A stretch of DNA of 64,000 nucleotides, from positions 186,001 through 250,000 of the IMG/VR virus record IMGVR_UViG_3300042564_002819. One strand, given 5' to 3'. The notes under the pieces are model-generated. The model saw nothing but the letters and a program-made list of their open reading frames with translations. It was not told the DNA's origin and did no database searches. Shown here piece after piece: positions 10,816 to 20,253 of the stretch (its first letter is position 1; each line of letters starts with the position of its first letter). The position numbers and the translations under genes were made by a program.

Positions 10816-12262
10816 ACTAATAATCGAAGACGAAGTAAATATAAAATTCGAAGGCCTAAGTGTAGACGTAAGACGTAAACTTTCAAACGCATTAAAGTTT
10901 GATGTTCCGTATGCTCGCCATATGCCCCATTACAAACTAGGGCGTTGGGACGGTAAGGTTGGATTTTTTGGTATCGGCGGGTCTGGCTATCTAAATCATT
11001 TAGATGTTTTATTACCAATACTTGAACAAAGTAACGTCACTATCTCTGAGATTGAAGATAGAAGGCATCCAGTTAGTTTAAAGTTTGAACCGATTGCAGA
11101 AGACTTTTGGGGAGACATAAGCTGGCCCAAAGGACATCGCTTTGCGGGCGAACCGATCAGACTGCGTGATGACCAAGTAGAAGTTATTAATCGCTTCTTA
11201 GAAAATCCCCAAGCACTTCAGGAAGTTTCTACAGGTGCAGGTAAAACCATCACAACTGCTACACTGAGTAAACTGTGCGAACCGTACGGACGCACACTTG
11301 TGATTGTACCCAACAAAAGTCTTGTAGAACAAACACTTGACGACTACGTCAATTGTCAGTTGGACGTTGGCGTTTACTACGGCGACAGAAAAGATTTTGG
11401 CAAAATGCATACTATCTGTACTTGGCAAAGTCTTAACATTCTTGAAAAAAGATTCAAAGATCATGAAAGCACCTTCGGACTCGACGAGTTTTTAGAAGGT
11501 GTATCTGCGGTAATTGTTGATGAAGTGCATCAGGCAAAAGCAGAAGTACTAAAAACAATATTAACAAGAAATTTAAGTCATTGCCCCATACGTTGGGGTT
11601 TGACTGGAACAGTACCAAAAGAAGCATTTGAATTCCAAAGTATTTTAGCAAGTTTGGGTCCTGTAGTAGGATCAGTGACTGCTAAAGAATTACAAGACAA
11701 AGGAATTTTATCTTCATGTCATGTTAATATATGTCAGTTAATCGATATAAAAGAATTTAGAGATTATCAAGCTGAATTAAAATATCTTGTAACAGACGAA
11801 CAACGATTAAATTACATTAGCAAACTTTTATTAAAAATCAAAGATTCAGGCAACACACTTATTTTAGTAGATAGAATTACAGCAGGCGAACAACTACAAA
11901 AACTTATCCCGGGTTCCGTTTTTATTAACGGTTCAGTTAAAACTAAGGATCGTAAGGAAACATATGATGAAGTACAAGAAGCTGACGACATGGTTATTAT
12001 CGCTACCTACGGTGTGGCGGCTGTTGGTATTAATATACCTCGCATATTTAATCTTGTGCTTTTTGAGCCTGGTAAGTCTTTTGTACGTGTTATTCAAAGT
12101 ATAGGTCGCGGCGTTAGAAAAGCAAAAGACAAAGACTTTGTACAAATATGGGATATTACAAGCACTTGCAAGTACGCAAAAAAACATTTAACCGAGCGTA
12201 AAAAGTTTTACAAGGATGCACAATATCCATTTACAATAGAAAAAATAGACTGGAAAAAATAA
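10799..12262 (+). CDS. uvsW: UvsW-like SF2 DNA helicase
   Basis: TGAGKT, DEVH, GLTGT, QSIGRGVR; N-terminal WDGK typical of T4-like UvsW. Confidence 0.85.
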   Translation: MATTTKLIIEDEVNIKFEGLSVDVRRKLSNALKFDVPYARHMPHYKLGRWDGKVGFFGIGGSGYLNHLDVLLPILEQSNVTISEIEDRRHPVSLKFEPIAEDFWGDISWPKGHRFAGEPIRLRDDQVEVINRFLENPQALQEVSTGAGKTITTATLSKLCEPYGRTLVIVPNKSLVEQTLDDYVNCQLDVGVYYGDRKDFGKMHTICTWQSLNILEKRFKDHESTFGLDEFLEGVSAVIVDEVHQAKAEVLKTILTRNLSHCPIRWGLTGTVPKEAFEFQSILASLGPVVGSVTAKELQDKGILSSCHVNICQLIDIKEFRDYQAELKYLVTDEQRLNYISKLLLKIKDSGNTLILVDRITAGEQLQKLIPGSVFINGSVKTKDRKETYDEVQEADDMVIIATYGVAAVGINIPRIFNLVLFEPGKSFVRVIQSIGRGVRKAKDKDFVQIWDITSTCKYAKKHLTERKKFYKDAQYPFTIEKIDWKK

Positions 12263-12266
12263 TAAC

Positions 12267-12773
12267 ATGAGGATTTTAACCCTTGAAAATAAAACATTTG
12301 AACTAAATCACTTACCCGATACCGTAGAAGAAACTGTTAGATTTGCAGTTTTGGATAACAGCAATCCTGCAGATCCGGATTTCTTTTTTAATCCGCTGAT
12401 TTTTTTAGAAAGTTTTAACAGTCCTGCAATTGTACTTGAAATTGGAGGTCACGAAATCACCATGCCGTTGGACTGGTGTATTGCAGTAGGATGCAGCGAT
12501 GCAGGAAGTGACTTAGAAATACTTCCTCTTACTAGCTTAAACGACAGAGGTTTTGAAGCATTTTTATTCAATCCTCTAACTGGATCTTACCCACAATTTG
12601 GCAAGATCGAAATACTAAATTTTTACAATGACGTAAAGTGGTATTTTCCAAAAATGCGTAATGGACAATTGTTAAGTGTTCCTATAACAGATACTAAAAA
12701 CCCCCAGTGTGCATTTTTTGTAAAAGACATTAGTCGTCAAAGTGAAATTATTGACTTTGGAAAATTATTATAA
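12267..12773 (+). CDS. hypothetical protein
   Basis: 168-aa ORF in operon. Confidence 0.6.
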   Translation: MRILTLENKTFELNHLPDTVEETVRFAVLDNSNPADPDFFFNPLIFLESFNSPAIVLEIGGHEITMPLDWCIAVGCSDAGSDLEILPLTSLNDRGFEAFLFNPLTGSYPQFGKIEILNFYNDVKWYFPKMRNGQLLSVPITDTKNPQCAFFVKDISRQSEIIDFGKLL

Positions 12774-12800
12774 ATTAAGGCATAACGAAAGGTTTTAAAA

Positions 12801-13583
12801 ATGCTCATTCAAACTAACAAGGCCCCGTCTCTATTTATTACCAAAAAAAATACATTAAAAGGTAAAGTGTCCTACAGCGAATATGTAGAAAAGACAGAAT
12901 ATAATTCTGAAGTATTAAAAAGAATAGTTAAAAATAATGAACCTCTAAACTTATTGTTAACACAAGTTTATACTTACGACAACAACCCTGGAGACATCCA
13001 TTGGTCACTGTTGCAGCCAAAATGGGCCGACATTATACCAGCAACGTTCTTAGGTCATTTAGCTATTACAAATGATAACAACGGAGCCGACGGTATGCGT
13101 TATTGTAATAATAATAATTCGTTTGCTGAAACTGAATATAAGATTTGTACAGTTAGAAGTAGTAACATAAATGTAGGTCCAAAGGGTGGCTTGAATATTC
13201 CGTCAAGTAATAAAAGTACATACCCAACAGGTATTAGTAGTGCAATTTCGGCGGCATATTGCATTCACTCAAACGAAAATCTCGATACTAAAAACAGAGA
13301 AACTTATCTTTGCTTAACAGATGTTAATAACAAAGATTTTCATTTTATCGACTTTTGGAGATTGTCAGGCGAAGTGGCTCTTGCATCTTTACAAGAATCG
13401 GACAAAAAGCAGAGAATGATTTCTCTTGCAAAGTTTATAAATTACGGCGAAACTATCGAAGCAGTTGTTCCTACATATTCTTGGCAATTGTTTGAACTAG
13501 ATCAAAAAAGAAAAAAGCATCCTGATACAAAAGAACGAAAAAAATATGAAAAATTATACAAAGCTCTTAAGGATGCAAAATGA
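12801..13583 (+). CDS. hypothetical protein
   Basis: 260-aa ORF with AAGG upstream. Confidence 0.55.
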   Translation: MLIQTNKAPSLFITKKNTLKGKVSYSEYVEKTEYNSEVLKRIVKNNEPLNLLLTQVYTYDNNPGDIHWSLLQPKWADIIPATFLGHLAITNDNNGADGMRYCNNNNSFAETEYKICTVRSSNINVGPKGGLNIPSSNKSTYPTGISSAISAAYCIHSNENLDTKNRETYLCLTDVNNKDFHFIDFWRLSGEVALASLQESDKKQRMISLAKFINYGETIEAVVPTYSWQLFELDQKRKKHPDTKERKKYEKLYKALKDAK

Positions 13584-13699
13584 GTATCAGAGCAGGTTGG
13601 ATAGATATCATTAACGAACGTAAAGCATTGGTAAATGATATTATTAATTGGGCTCCTACAGCTGGTGTAAAAATTAAATCTATTAAAGTATATGTATAA
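13580..13699 (+). CDS. small hypothetical protein (39 aa)
   Basis: ATGA overlap with previous stop; fills gap before cupin gene; below ORF-track cutoff. Confidence 0.4.
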   Translation: MSIRAGWIDIINERKALVNDIINWAPTAGVKIKSIKVYV

Positions 13700-13708
13700 G
13701 GAGAACAC

Positions 13709-14068
13709 ATGGGAATACGTGCAGGAAAAATTTGGGGTAATACCGAACTAATACACGCCAATGGTGTATTAGAGTTTCACCGTATAGAATTTAAAGCAGG
13801 TTACAAATGTTCAGAACACGAACACAAATTTAAGTGGAATGGCTTCTTTGTTGAAAGTGGCAAGATGCTAATACGTGTTTGGCAAGACGGCGATCAAAAC
13901 GGTCTAGTTGATGAAACAATACTGGAAGCAGGACAATTTACTCAAGTAAAACCTGGCAAAATACATCAATTCGAAGGTCTTGAAGATGGCGTTGCTTTTG
14001 AACTTTATTGGGCAGAATTTAACCACGACGACATCGTAAGAAGAACAATAGGTAAAAAAATTGGGTAA
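13709..14068 (+). CDS. cupin-fold protein (sugar isomerase-like)
   Basis: K.WG, CSEH.H..K, F.V.SG, PG..HQF; SD AGGAG. Confidence 0.7.
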   Translation: MGIRAGKIWGNTELIHANGVLEFHRIEFKAGYKCSEHEHKFKWNGFFVESGKMLIRVWQDGDQNGLVDETILEAGQFTQVKPGKIHQFEGLEDGVAFELYWAEFNHDDIVRRTIGKKIG

Positions 14069-14297
14069 TCTAATTCCGGGTGAAAAATTAATTTACGAAC
14101 GTGTAGGTAAAGTTATCTATGCAAGATATTTTAATAGACCGGAAATACCCAGGTGGCCTATTGGCGGACAAGACATTGAAGAATACAGCGTTAAAGACTT
14201 GTCTAACATTGTTGAGTTAAGTAAAACAAATTTGACTCTTAAAAAAGAACTAGACAAACTAATGAATCTATATTATATTGTAAAGGATCACAAATGA
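14061..14297 (+). CDS. hypothetical protein
   Basis: Coupled ORF. Confidence 0.5.
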   Translation: MGNLIPGEKLIYERVGKVIYARYFNRPEIPRWPIGGQDIEEYSVKDLSNIVELSKTNLTLKKELDKLMNLYYIVKDHK

Positions 14298-15076
14298 AAA
14301 TAATTGCAGGCCCGTGTCAACATGAAACTTTAGCACAGAGTGCAGAAATTGCACGTGAATGCAAGCGTGTTTGTGAAAAATACGGCGTTGAATACTATTT
14401 TAAAGCTAGCTATGATAAGGCAAACAGAACTAGTATAAACGGACAACGCGGCGTAGGGCTCGAAGCTACAATGTACGATTTCAGAAGCCTTAAAGAAACT
14501 CTAGGCGTAAATACGTTAACAGATGTGCATGATATAAATCAACTAGTTTATATCAATACAGCTTGGGGTGATTATATAGATGTTTATCAAATCCCTGCTT
14601 TTCTTTGTCGCCAAACAGATCTTATCAGAGCTGCTGTGGAGACAGGCAAAACGGTCAACATTAAAAAAGGACAGTTTCTTGCGCCGTGGGATGTCTCGGG
14701 CATTCTATCGAAAACCCGAGGCGCCAAAGAAGTCTGGATAACTGAAAGAGGAACAAGTTTTGGCTATAACACCCTTGTTGTTGACTACACTGGTATGCAG
14801 TATATTATGGATAATTATGATGTTCCGTTTGTGTTCGATGCGACACATTCTGTTCAAAAGCCCGGCGGACAAGGAAACTCTAGTGGTGGTAACCGTAGTT
14901 ATGTTGCTGGCCTTTGCCGTGCTGCTAGTGCAATGGGTGTTGATAATTTCTTCTTAGAAGTTCACCCAGATCCAGACAATGCACCAAGCGACGGGCCTAA
15001 TATGTTACGTCTCGAAGACTTTGAACAAGTCGTAAAAGACATTTATGAATTTAATTATAACAGGAGAATACAATGA
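14294..15076 (+). CDS. kdsA: KDO8P synthase (3-deoxy-8-phosphooctulonate synthase)
   Basis: IAGPC, KASYDKANRTS, QIPAFLCRQTDL, KKGQFLAP, ERG.SFGY, DATHSVQ, A.SDG. Confidence 0.95.
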   Translation: MKIIAGPCQHETLAQSAEIARECKRVCEKYGVEYYFKASYDKANRTSINGQRGVGLEATMYDFRSLKETLGVNTLTDVHDINQLVYINTAWGDYIDVYQIPAFLCRQTDLIRAAVETGKTVNIKKGQFLAPWDVSGILSKTRGAKEVWITERGTSFGYNTLVVDYTGMQYIMDNYDVPFVFDATHSVQKPGGQGNSSGGNRSYVAGLCRAASAMGVDNFFLEVHPDPDNAPSDGPNMLRLEDFEQVVKDIYEFNYNRRIQ

Positions 15077-15585
15077 AGAAAATTACACTCATTGCAATGC
15101 TATTTGGTACCGCAGCATTTGCACAAACAACAACAACTACACCAGTTAATCCACAGATTACCGACGCAGTAACACAAGCACAACACGACGAACTTACTGC
15201 TAGAGTTTTAGAACTAGAATCAATAATGGACGAACTTTTTAGAAAAGATCAACTAGAACACACTAGAGCATTTTTTGCGTTTGATAGCTTTGTTGCAAAT
15301 GAACAAAGTAAACCAGTAGTAAACGAACTTGTTTCTTTTATGAAAGATTATCCTGCATACTTTCTCACTATCGAAGGACATGCCGACGAACGTGGCACAA
15401 GAGTATATAACTTGTCCATCGGCGAAAGACGTGCTAGTTGGATCAAACAAGAACTTGTAAAAAACGGAATTGATTCAAACAGAATTCAAACTGTTAGCTA
15501 CGGTAAGGAACGTCCAGCGGTAGTAGGATCAAATGAAGTTGCATGGTCACAAAACCGTCGCACTGTTTTTGTTTTGATCAAATGA
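15073..15585 (+). CDS. Pal/OmpA-family peptidoglycan-binding protein with signal peptide (no lipobox)
   Basis: IEGHADERGT..YNL..GERRA, VSYGKERP, QNRR; N-terminal AFA signal. Confidence 0.85.
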   Translation: MKKITLIAMLFGTAAFAQTTTTTPVNPQITDAVTQAQHDELTARVLELESIMDELFRKDQLEHTRAFFAFDSFVANEQSKPVVNELVSFMKDYPAYFLTIEGHADERGTRVYNLSIGERRASWIKQELVKNGIDSNRIQTVSYGKERPAVVGSNEVAWSQNRRTVFVLIK

Positions 15586-16256
15586 CTACTGCAATTTTAA
15601 TACCTGCTAGATTGTCTAGCACTAGATTTCCAAAAAAAATGCTAGCCAATCTCAACGGGCGTCCGTTAATACAACGTGTGTTTGAATCATGTTGGAACTC
15701 CGGATACGACACTTATGTTCTTACAGATAGTCAAGAAATTGCTGATATTCTTCCAACAAATCGAGTAATAATGACTAGAGAAGATCACGAGAACGGAACC
15801 AGCAGATGCATGGAAGTTATCGACGAAGTATTACAATATGACAGATATATTAACGTACAAGGCGACATGCCAGACGTTACTGCTGAAATGTTAATGAAAA
15901 TTGACATAGAATTAAAAACATATTCAGACGTTGCTACAGCATATTCTACTATGGACTTTAATGATCGTCAAAATCCAAATGTGGTCAAGATGATTCATAA
16001 CAGAGGCAGAGCTCATTGGTTTTTAAGAGCACCTCTGTCATATGGAGATAGACATTTAGGAATTTACGGTTATAATAGAATAGCAAAGTCATATTACACT
16101 GCAAGTAAGAAATATGTCGAAGAAGATATTGAAAAACTTGAACAACTTAGATGGATACAAAACGGTATTAAAATTGGTGTTGTTGAAGTTGAATTTAACG
16201 GCGTTGAAATCAATACTCCAGAGGATTTGGAATTATGGGAAAAAATAAAGAAGTAG
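15582..16256 (+). CDS. kdsB: CMP-Kdo synthetase (3-deoxy-manno-octulosonate cytidylyltransferase)
   Basis: IPARL.STRFP.K, NVQGD.P, H.GIYGY, E.LEQLR, INTPEDL. Confidence 0.9.
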   Translation: MTTAILIPARLSSTRFPKKMLANLNGRPLIQRVFESCWNSGYDTYVLTDSQEIADILPTNRVIMTREDHENGTSRCMEVIDEVLQYDRYINVQGDMPDVTAEMLMKIDIELKTYSDVATAYSTMDFNDRQNPNVVKMIHNRGRAHWFLRAPLSYGDRHLGIYGYNRIAKSYYTASKKYVEEDIEKLEQLRWIQNGIKIGVVEVEFNGVEINTPEDLELWEKIKK

Positions 16257-16705
16257 ACTTGTTCGAAGACATGATTCCTGCAATTGATCTCAATATAAAA
16301 GAGTTGTGGGATGCATCGAACGAAGCAGGTCAAAAAGAAATCAAAGGCGACATGTGGACTCTTAATCGCTACATCAGCAGCGTAAAAGGAAACAGAGAAA
16401 AGCAAGAGCTTGCTGTTTTTAAAACCAATGAGTATTATAATAAAAATTGGAATTCCATAGGACTGCGTCACCCAAAATTACAGTGGCAACTTTTGTGTAT
16501 TTCTGGAAATACAGGGAAAAAAGAATTCCATCCGTGGATAGGATTAAAACAAGCCAAAGGTGTAAACACTAAGGCTGTTAAATTTTTAGAAGAAATATAT
16601 CCAACTAAAAAAATAGACGAGATTGAATTAATTGCTAGAATATTTACAAAAACAGAACTTGAACAACTCGCTAGAGATCATGGCTACGAAAAAATTAGCT
16701 TTTGA
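16235..16705 (+). CDS. clamp loader small subunit (T4 gp62-like)
   Basis: LNRY.S, HP.LQW, K.FH.WI pattern; replication context. Confidence 0.5.
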   Translation: MGKNKEVDLFEDMIPAIDLNIKELWDASNEAGQKEIKGDMWTLNRYISSVKGNREKQELAVFKTNEYYNKNWNSIGLRHPKLQWQLLCISGNTGKKEFHPWIGLKQAKGVNTKAVKFLEEIYPTKKIDEIELIARIFTKTELEQLARDHGYEKISF

Positions 16706-17381
16706 TAAGCCTTTTGTATGCGAGTACTGTGGTACTGGATATGCAAAAGAAAAAACTCTTATGGTTCATATGTGTGAACAAAAAAGAAGGCACTTACAAA
16801 AGTCTGAGAAAAGAGTTCAACTTGGATATCAGACCTTTGTAAGATTTTATCAAAAATCGGCCGGACACAAGAATATAAAAACCTATGAAGAATTTTGCAA
16901 AAGTCCTTTCTACAATGCGTTTGTAAAATTTGGTTCATTTTTAAATAATGTAAAACCATTATACACCGAAAAGTATATTGACTACATTGTAACAAGCGGT
17001 GTTAAAATTGACCATTGGTGTAATGAAACACTTTATGAAAAATATGCTGTAGATTTAATAATGAAAGAAAATGTTGAAACAGCATTGGAAAGATCTGTTA
17101 ACACTATGATAGAATGGGGCGTAGCTCACAATGCACCTTGGAATCATTATTTCAATTATGTTTCTTTAAACAAAGCTACGTTTGATATCAAAGACGGAAA
17201 GATATCGCCGTGGCTTATATTAAATTGCAAGTCCGGCAAAGAAATGTTGTCTAAATTCAATGACGAACAGTTAAATATGATATATCATATAATGAACCCT
17301 GAACATTGGGCGTTGAGATTTAAACGCCAAAGTCGGGATGTTGAACTTGTAAAAAAAGTTGCTAAAGAAGGTAATTTGTAA
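16680..17381 (+). CDS. zinc-finger protein (C-x2-C...H-x-C)
   Basis: FVCEYCG.GY.KE.TL..HMCE. Confidence 0.6.
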   Translation: MATKKLAFDKPFVCEYCGTGYAKEKTLMVHMCEQKRRHLQKSEKRVQLGYQTFVRFYQKSAGHKNIKTYEEFCKSPFYNAFVKFGSFLNNVKPLYTEKYIDYIVTSGVKIDHWCNETLYEKYAVDLIMKENVETALERSVNTMIEWGVAHNAPWNHYFNYVSLNKATFDIKDGKISPWLILNCKSGKEMLSKFNDEQLNMIYHIMNPEHWALRFKRQSRDVELVKKVAKEGNL

Positions 17382-17936
17382 TTGGACGTTGACATAGACT
17401 TCGGTGATAGAGACGTTGTTCTCTCTAAAATTATGCATCATGTTGCTAAACTAGAAACCGGTAAAAAACATAATACTGGAATTTATGTTACTCCTATTCC
17501 TCACAATCCGATTACTAATATATCTACAATAGATTATAAAGATGCTGAAAGTAGAGGATATTTTAAATTAGACTTTCTTAACGTTTCATTATATAAGAAT
17601 GTTAAAGATGAATCGCATTTAATACATCTATCTAAAAAAGAACCAATGTGGGAATTGTTAGAACACAGCGAAGTGGTAGATCAACTATTTCACATTTCGG
17701 GTCACAGTGACATTTTAAAGAAACTAAAGCCCAAGTCTGTTTTAGAATTAGCATGTGTTCTTGCTATTATAAGACCTGCCAAGAGACATTTGTTAAACGA
17801 AAGCTGGGAGACTATACATCGTGAAGTGTGGACTAAACCGTCTAATGAACAATACTATTTTAAAAAATCTCATGCAGTGTCTTATGCATTAGCTGTAGTA
17901 GTTCATTTAAATTTGCTTTGTGAAAGCTTTACTTAA
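17382..17936 (+). CDS. miniature DNA polymerase III alpha (DnaE)-like protein
   Basis: DVDIDF, H.TGIY, KLDFL, LA.IRP, FKKSHA.SY in only 184 aa; TTG start. Confidence 0.75.
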   Translation: MDVDIDFGDRDVVLSKIMHHVAKLETGKKHNTGIYVTPIPHNPITNISTIDYKDAESRGYFKLDFLNVSLYKNVKDESHLIHLSKKEPMWELLEHSEVVDQLFHISGHSDILKKLKPKSVLELACVLAIIRPAKRHLLNESWETIHREVWTKPSNEQYYFKKSHAVSYALAVVVHLNLLCESFT

Positions 17937-18297
17937 CTTTTTTTATTAATTGAACGCTTTTGCGTTTTACTCTTTTTAGTGCAAGATTATTAAGATTAAC
18001 ACACGGGCCTATTACAATTTTAACATCTTTACTATTCATAGTCATCATACAATATCTTAGAGAGTCTATCTCTCGTCTTAAAAAGATGTTTATAGGAATC
18101 AATCTGTTTGACTCCCACCACCAAATTTCCCCAAGATCAAGCAGTAATCTTTTGTGGTCTTCGGTTTTTAAATTTGTGTATACAAACATTGTTGTAACAT
18201 ACTGATCTTGGTTTGAGATGATGCCGACGTATTCGCTGCCGCCATATGCAACCACACTTACGTAAGGGAATTGGTGTTCTATTTCTTTTAATAACAT
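17929..18297 (-). CDS. hypothetical protein
   Basis: 122-aa ORF (WWWESNR.IPI). Confidence 0.6.
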   Translation of the reverse strand: MLLKEIEHQFPYVSVVAYGGSEYVGIISNQDQYVTTMFVYTNLKTEDHKRLLLDLGEIWWWESNRLIPINIFLRREIDSLRYCMMTMNSKDVKIVIGPCVNLNNLALKRVKRKSVQLIKKVK

Positions 18298-18332
18298 TCT
18301 TGCAATAAATATAATATAGTTAAGGATTCGGT

Positions 18333-19127
18333 ATGCAACTAGCCCCTAGATATTTAGTCAACGAGAGAATAAATGTTATTACAAACGATGCCGGATTCTT
18401 TGTGGAGTATAGACCTGTGTATAGTAGAACCTTAAATGTGTATAAAAACATCGATAATACAATATCGTTTAGATTATTAAACGCAGATCAAAAACCTGTA
18501 CCAATAACAAACGGTGTTCCGTATATTGTAATATTTGATGAAAATCAAACAAAGATTCTAGAAAGAGAATGCACTGTAACTGACGACGGTTCTACAACAG
18601 CAACTAGAGGAATGTTTCAAGTTACTATAACAGAAACAGACATGCTGGATATAAAACAACAGTATTTACAATACAACATTTATATGTTAAATTCAAATAA
18701 TACAAAAACAGTTACATATGCAGGAAGAAATTTTTCAAGTGCAGGAAGAATCTTTTTAGATGCAGGAGCATACCCTGGACCAAAAGGCAGTATAGAAATC
18801 ACAAACTTTTTTGCCGAAGGACTATATTGGGTTGCAGGATCTGACACAGAAGACAAAATATCTGCCGAACCAGAAATCAATGGTGCAACTGCTTTACATA
18901 CTGTTGCAATCTACAACGACGGATATGCAGGCAATGTTGAAATACAAGCAACATTAGATAATCAACTTTCTATGTCAAGCAACTGGGCAACTGTTAGCAC
19001 TATCACACTAACTGGCGACGAAACAGAACCTGTGCCTGCTAACTTTAATGGATCATTCACATTCGTAAGATTTAAATTTAACAACGATCCAACAGCGACA
19101 ATTACTAGAATACTTCTAAGAAACTAA
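18333..19127 (+). CDS. probable virion structural protein
   Basis: Beta-rich, T/N-rich; ATAAATA late-type motif at ~18305. Confidence 0.5.
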   Translation: MQLAPRYLVNERINVITNDAGFFVEYRPVYSRTLNVYKNIDNTISFRLLNADQKPVPITNGVPYIVIFDENQTKILERECTVTDDGSTTATRGMFQVTITETDMLDIKQQYLQYNIYMLNSNNTKTVTYAGRNFSSAGRIFLDAGAYPGPKGSIEITNFFAEGLYWVAGSDTEDKISAEPEINGATALHTVAIYNDGYAGNVEIQATLDNQLSMSSNWATVSTITLTGDETEPVPANFNGSFTFVRFKFNNDPTATITRILLRN

Positions 19128-19162
19128 TTGACATTGAGATTCTAAAATGCTAGTATACTGAC

Positions 19163-20155
19163 ATGAGCATCGTGTCAGAAACAATATCCTCTTTTCTGCC
19201 GTCTAAGCGTAAACAAACGCCTAGTGGATGGTTGTCATTTAACGGTCCTTGTTGTGTACACAACGGTACTTCTGCTGATAACAGAATGCGGGCTGGTATT
19301 ATCGAAGAAGGTGAATCTGTATCCTACCACTGCTTTAACTGCGGATACAAAGCTTCGTGGCAACCCGGTCGACACATTTCTTTTAAACTAAAACAGTTAA
19401 TGATCTGGCTCGGTGTACCAGACGATGCTATTAACAAACTTGCAATAGAAGTTCTTAAAATTAACGAAGGTGTTGAAACACAGTATCGTTCAATTGAACT
19501 GCCAACTTTTGAAAGTGTTCCGTTACCAGAAAACGCTGTAAAAATACATGACGATCCCTGCGATGTTTCAACACAGTTAACCGAAGTTAAAGAATACATG
19601 TCCGGACGAAAACTCTGGATAGACGAAGGGTATGAATACTACTGGAGCTCTAGTTTAGCCTACAGAGATAGATTGATTATTCCTTTCTACTATGAAGGAA
19701 GAATTGTAGGGTGGACTGCTAGAACAGTAAAGTCTGATAAAAAACCAAAATACATTACAGAATCACAGCCGGGATTTGTTTTTAACTTAGATGAACAAAG
19801 ACCGCAAAAAGTATTTTGTATTGTAGTTGAAGGTCCTATTGACGCTATACACATAGACGGTGTTGCACTTATGCGGGCCGAAATAAACGATCAACAGGCA
19901 ATGTTAATTGATCGTTTAAACAGAGAAGTTATAGTGTTGCCCGACAGAGACAAAACAGGTGCAGCACTGATCGAACAAGCAATTGATCGCGGGTGGTCAG
20001 TATCTATGCCTGATTGGGCACCAGAAATCAAAGACGTAAATGATGCAGTTCTTAAATACGGTAGACTATATACACTGTATAGTATTGTTTCGGCAGCCGA
20101 AACATCTCCTTTAAAAATTAGATTGAGAGCGAAAAAATGGTACGTAAATTTGTAA
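19163..20155 (+). CDS. DNA primase (T4 gp61-like)
   Basis: Zn finger (CC.H...YHCFNCG), RLIIP, TOPRIM VEGPIDA, PDRD, KDVND; sigma70-like TTGACA...TAGTAT upstream. Confidence 0.9.
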   Translation: MSIVSETISSFLPSKRKQTPSGWLSFNGPCCVHNGTSADNRMRAGIIEEGESVSYHCFNCGYKASWQPGRHISFKLKQLMIWLGVPDDAINKLAIEVLKINEGVETQYRSIELPTFESVPLPENAVKIHDDPCDVSTQLTEVKEYMSGRKLWIDEGYEYYWSSSLAYRDRLIIPFYYEGRIVGWTARTVKSDKKPKYITESQPGFVFNLDEQRPQKVFCIVVEGPIDAIHIDGVALMRAEINDQQAMLIDRLNREVIVLPDRDKTGAALIEQAIDRGWSVSMPDWAPEIKDVNDAVLKYGRLYTLYSIVSAAETSPLKIRLRAKKWYVNL

Positions 20156-20253
20156 ACTTCGTAACTTGGCCTTATCGATATATTCGCGATGAGTTAGCTT
20201 TAAGAAAAAAAATTAAAGAATTGCGTAAACGTGATCCGTTCATATACAAATGA
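20137..20253 (+). CDS. small protein (38 aa, ...ELRKRDPFIYK) coupled to carbamoyltransferase
   Basis: Overlaps primase end and shares ATGA with 20250. Confidence 0.55.
   Translation: MVRKFVNFVTWPYRYIRDELALRKKIKELRKRDPFIYK

Noticed and set aside
1-16256. Bacterial LPS or capsule locus, or prophage flank
   Set aside because: The genes are interleaved with T4-like UvsW and TAAATA late promoters; no transporter or housekeeping context.
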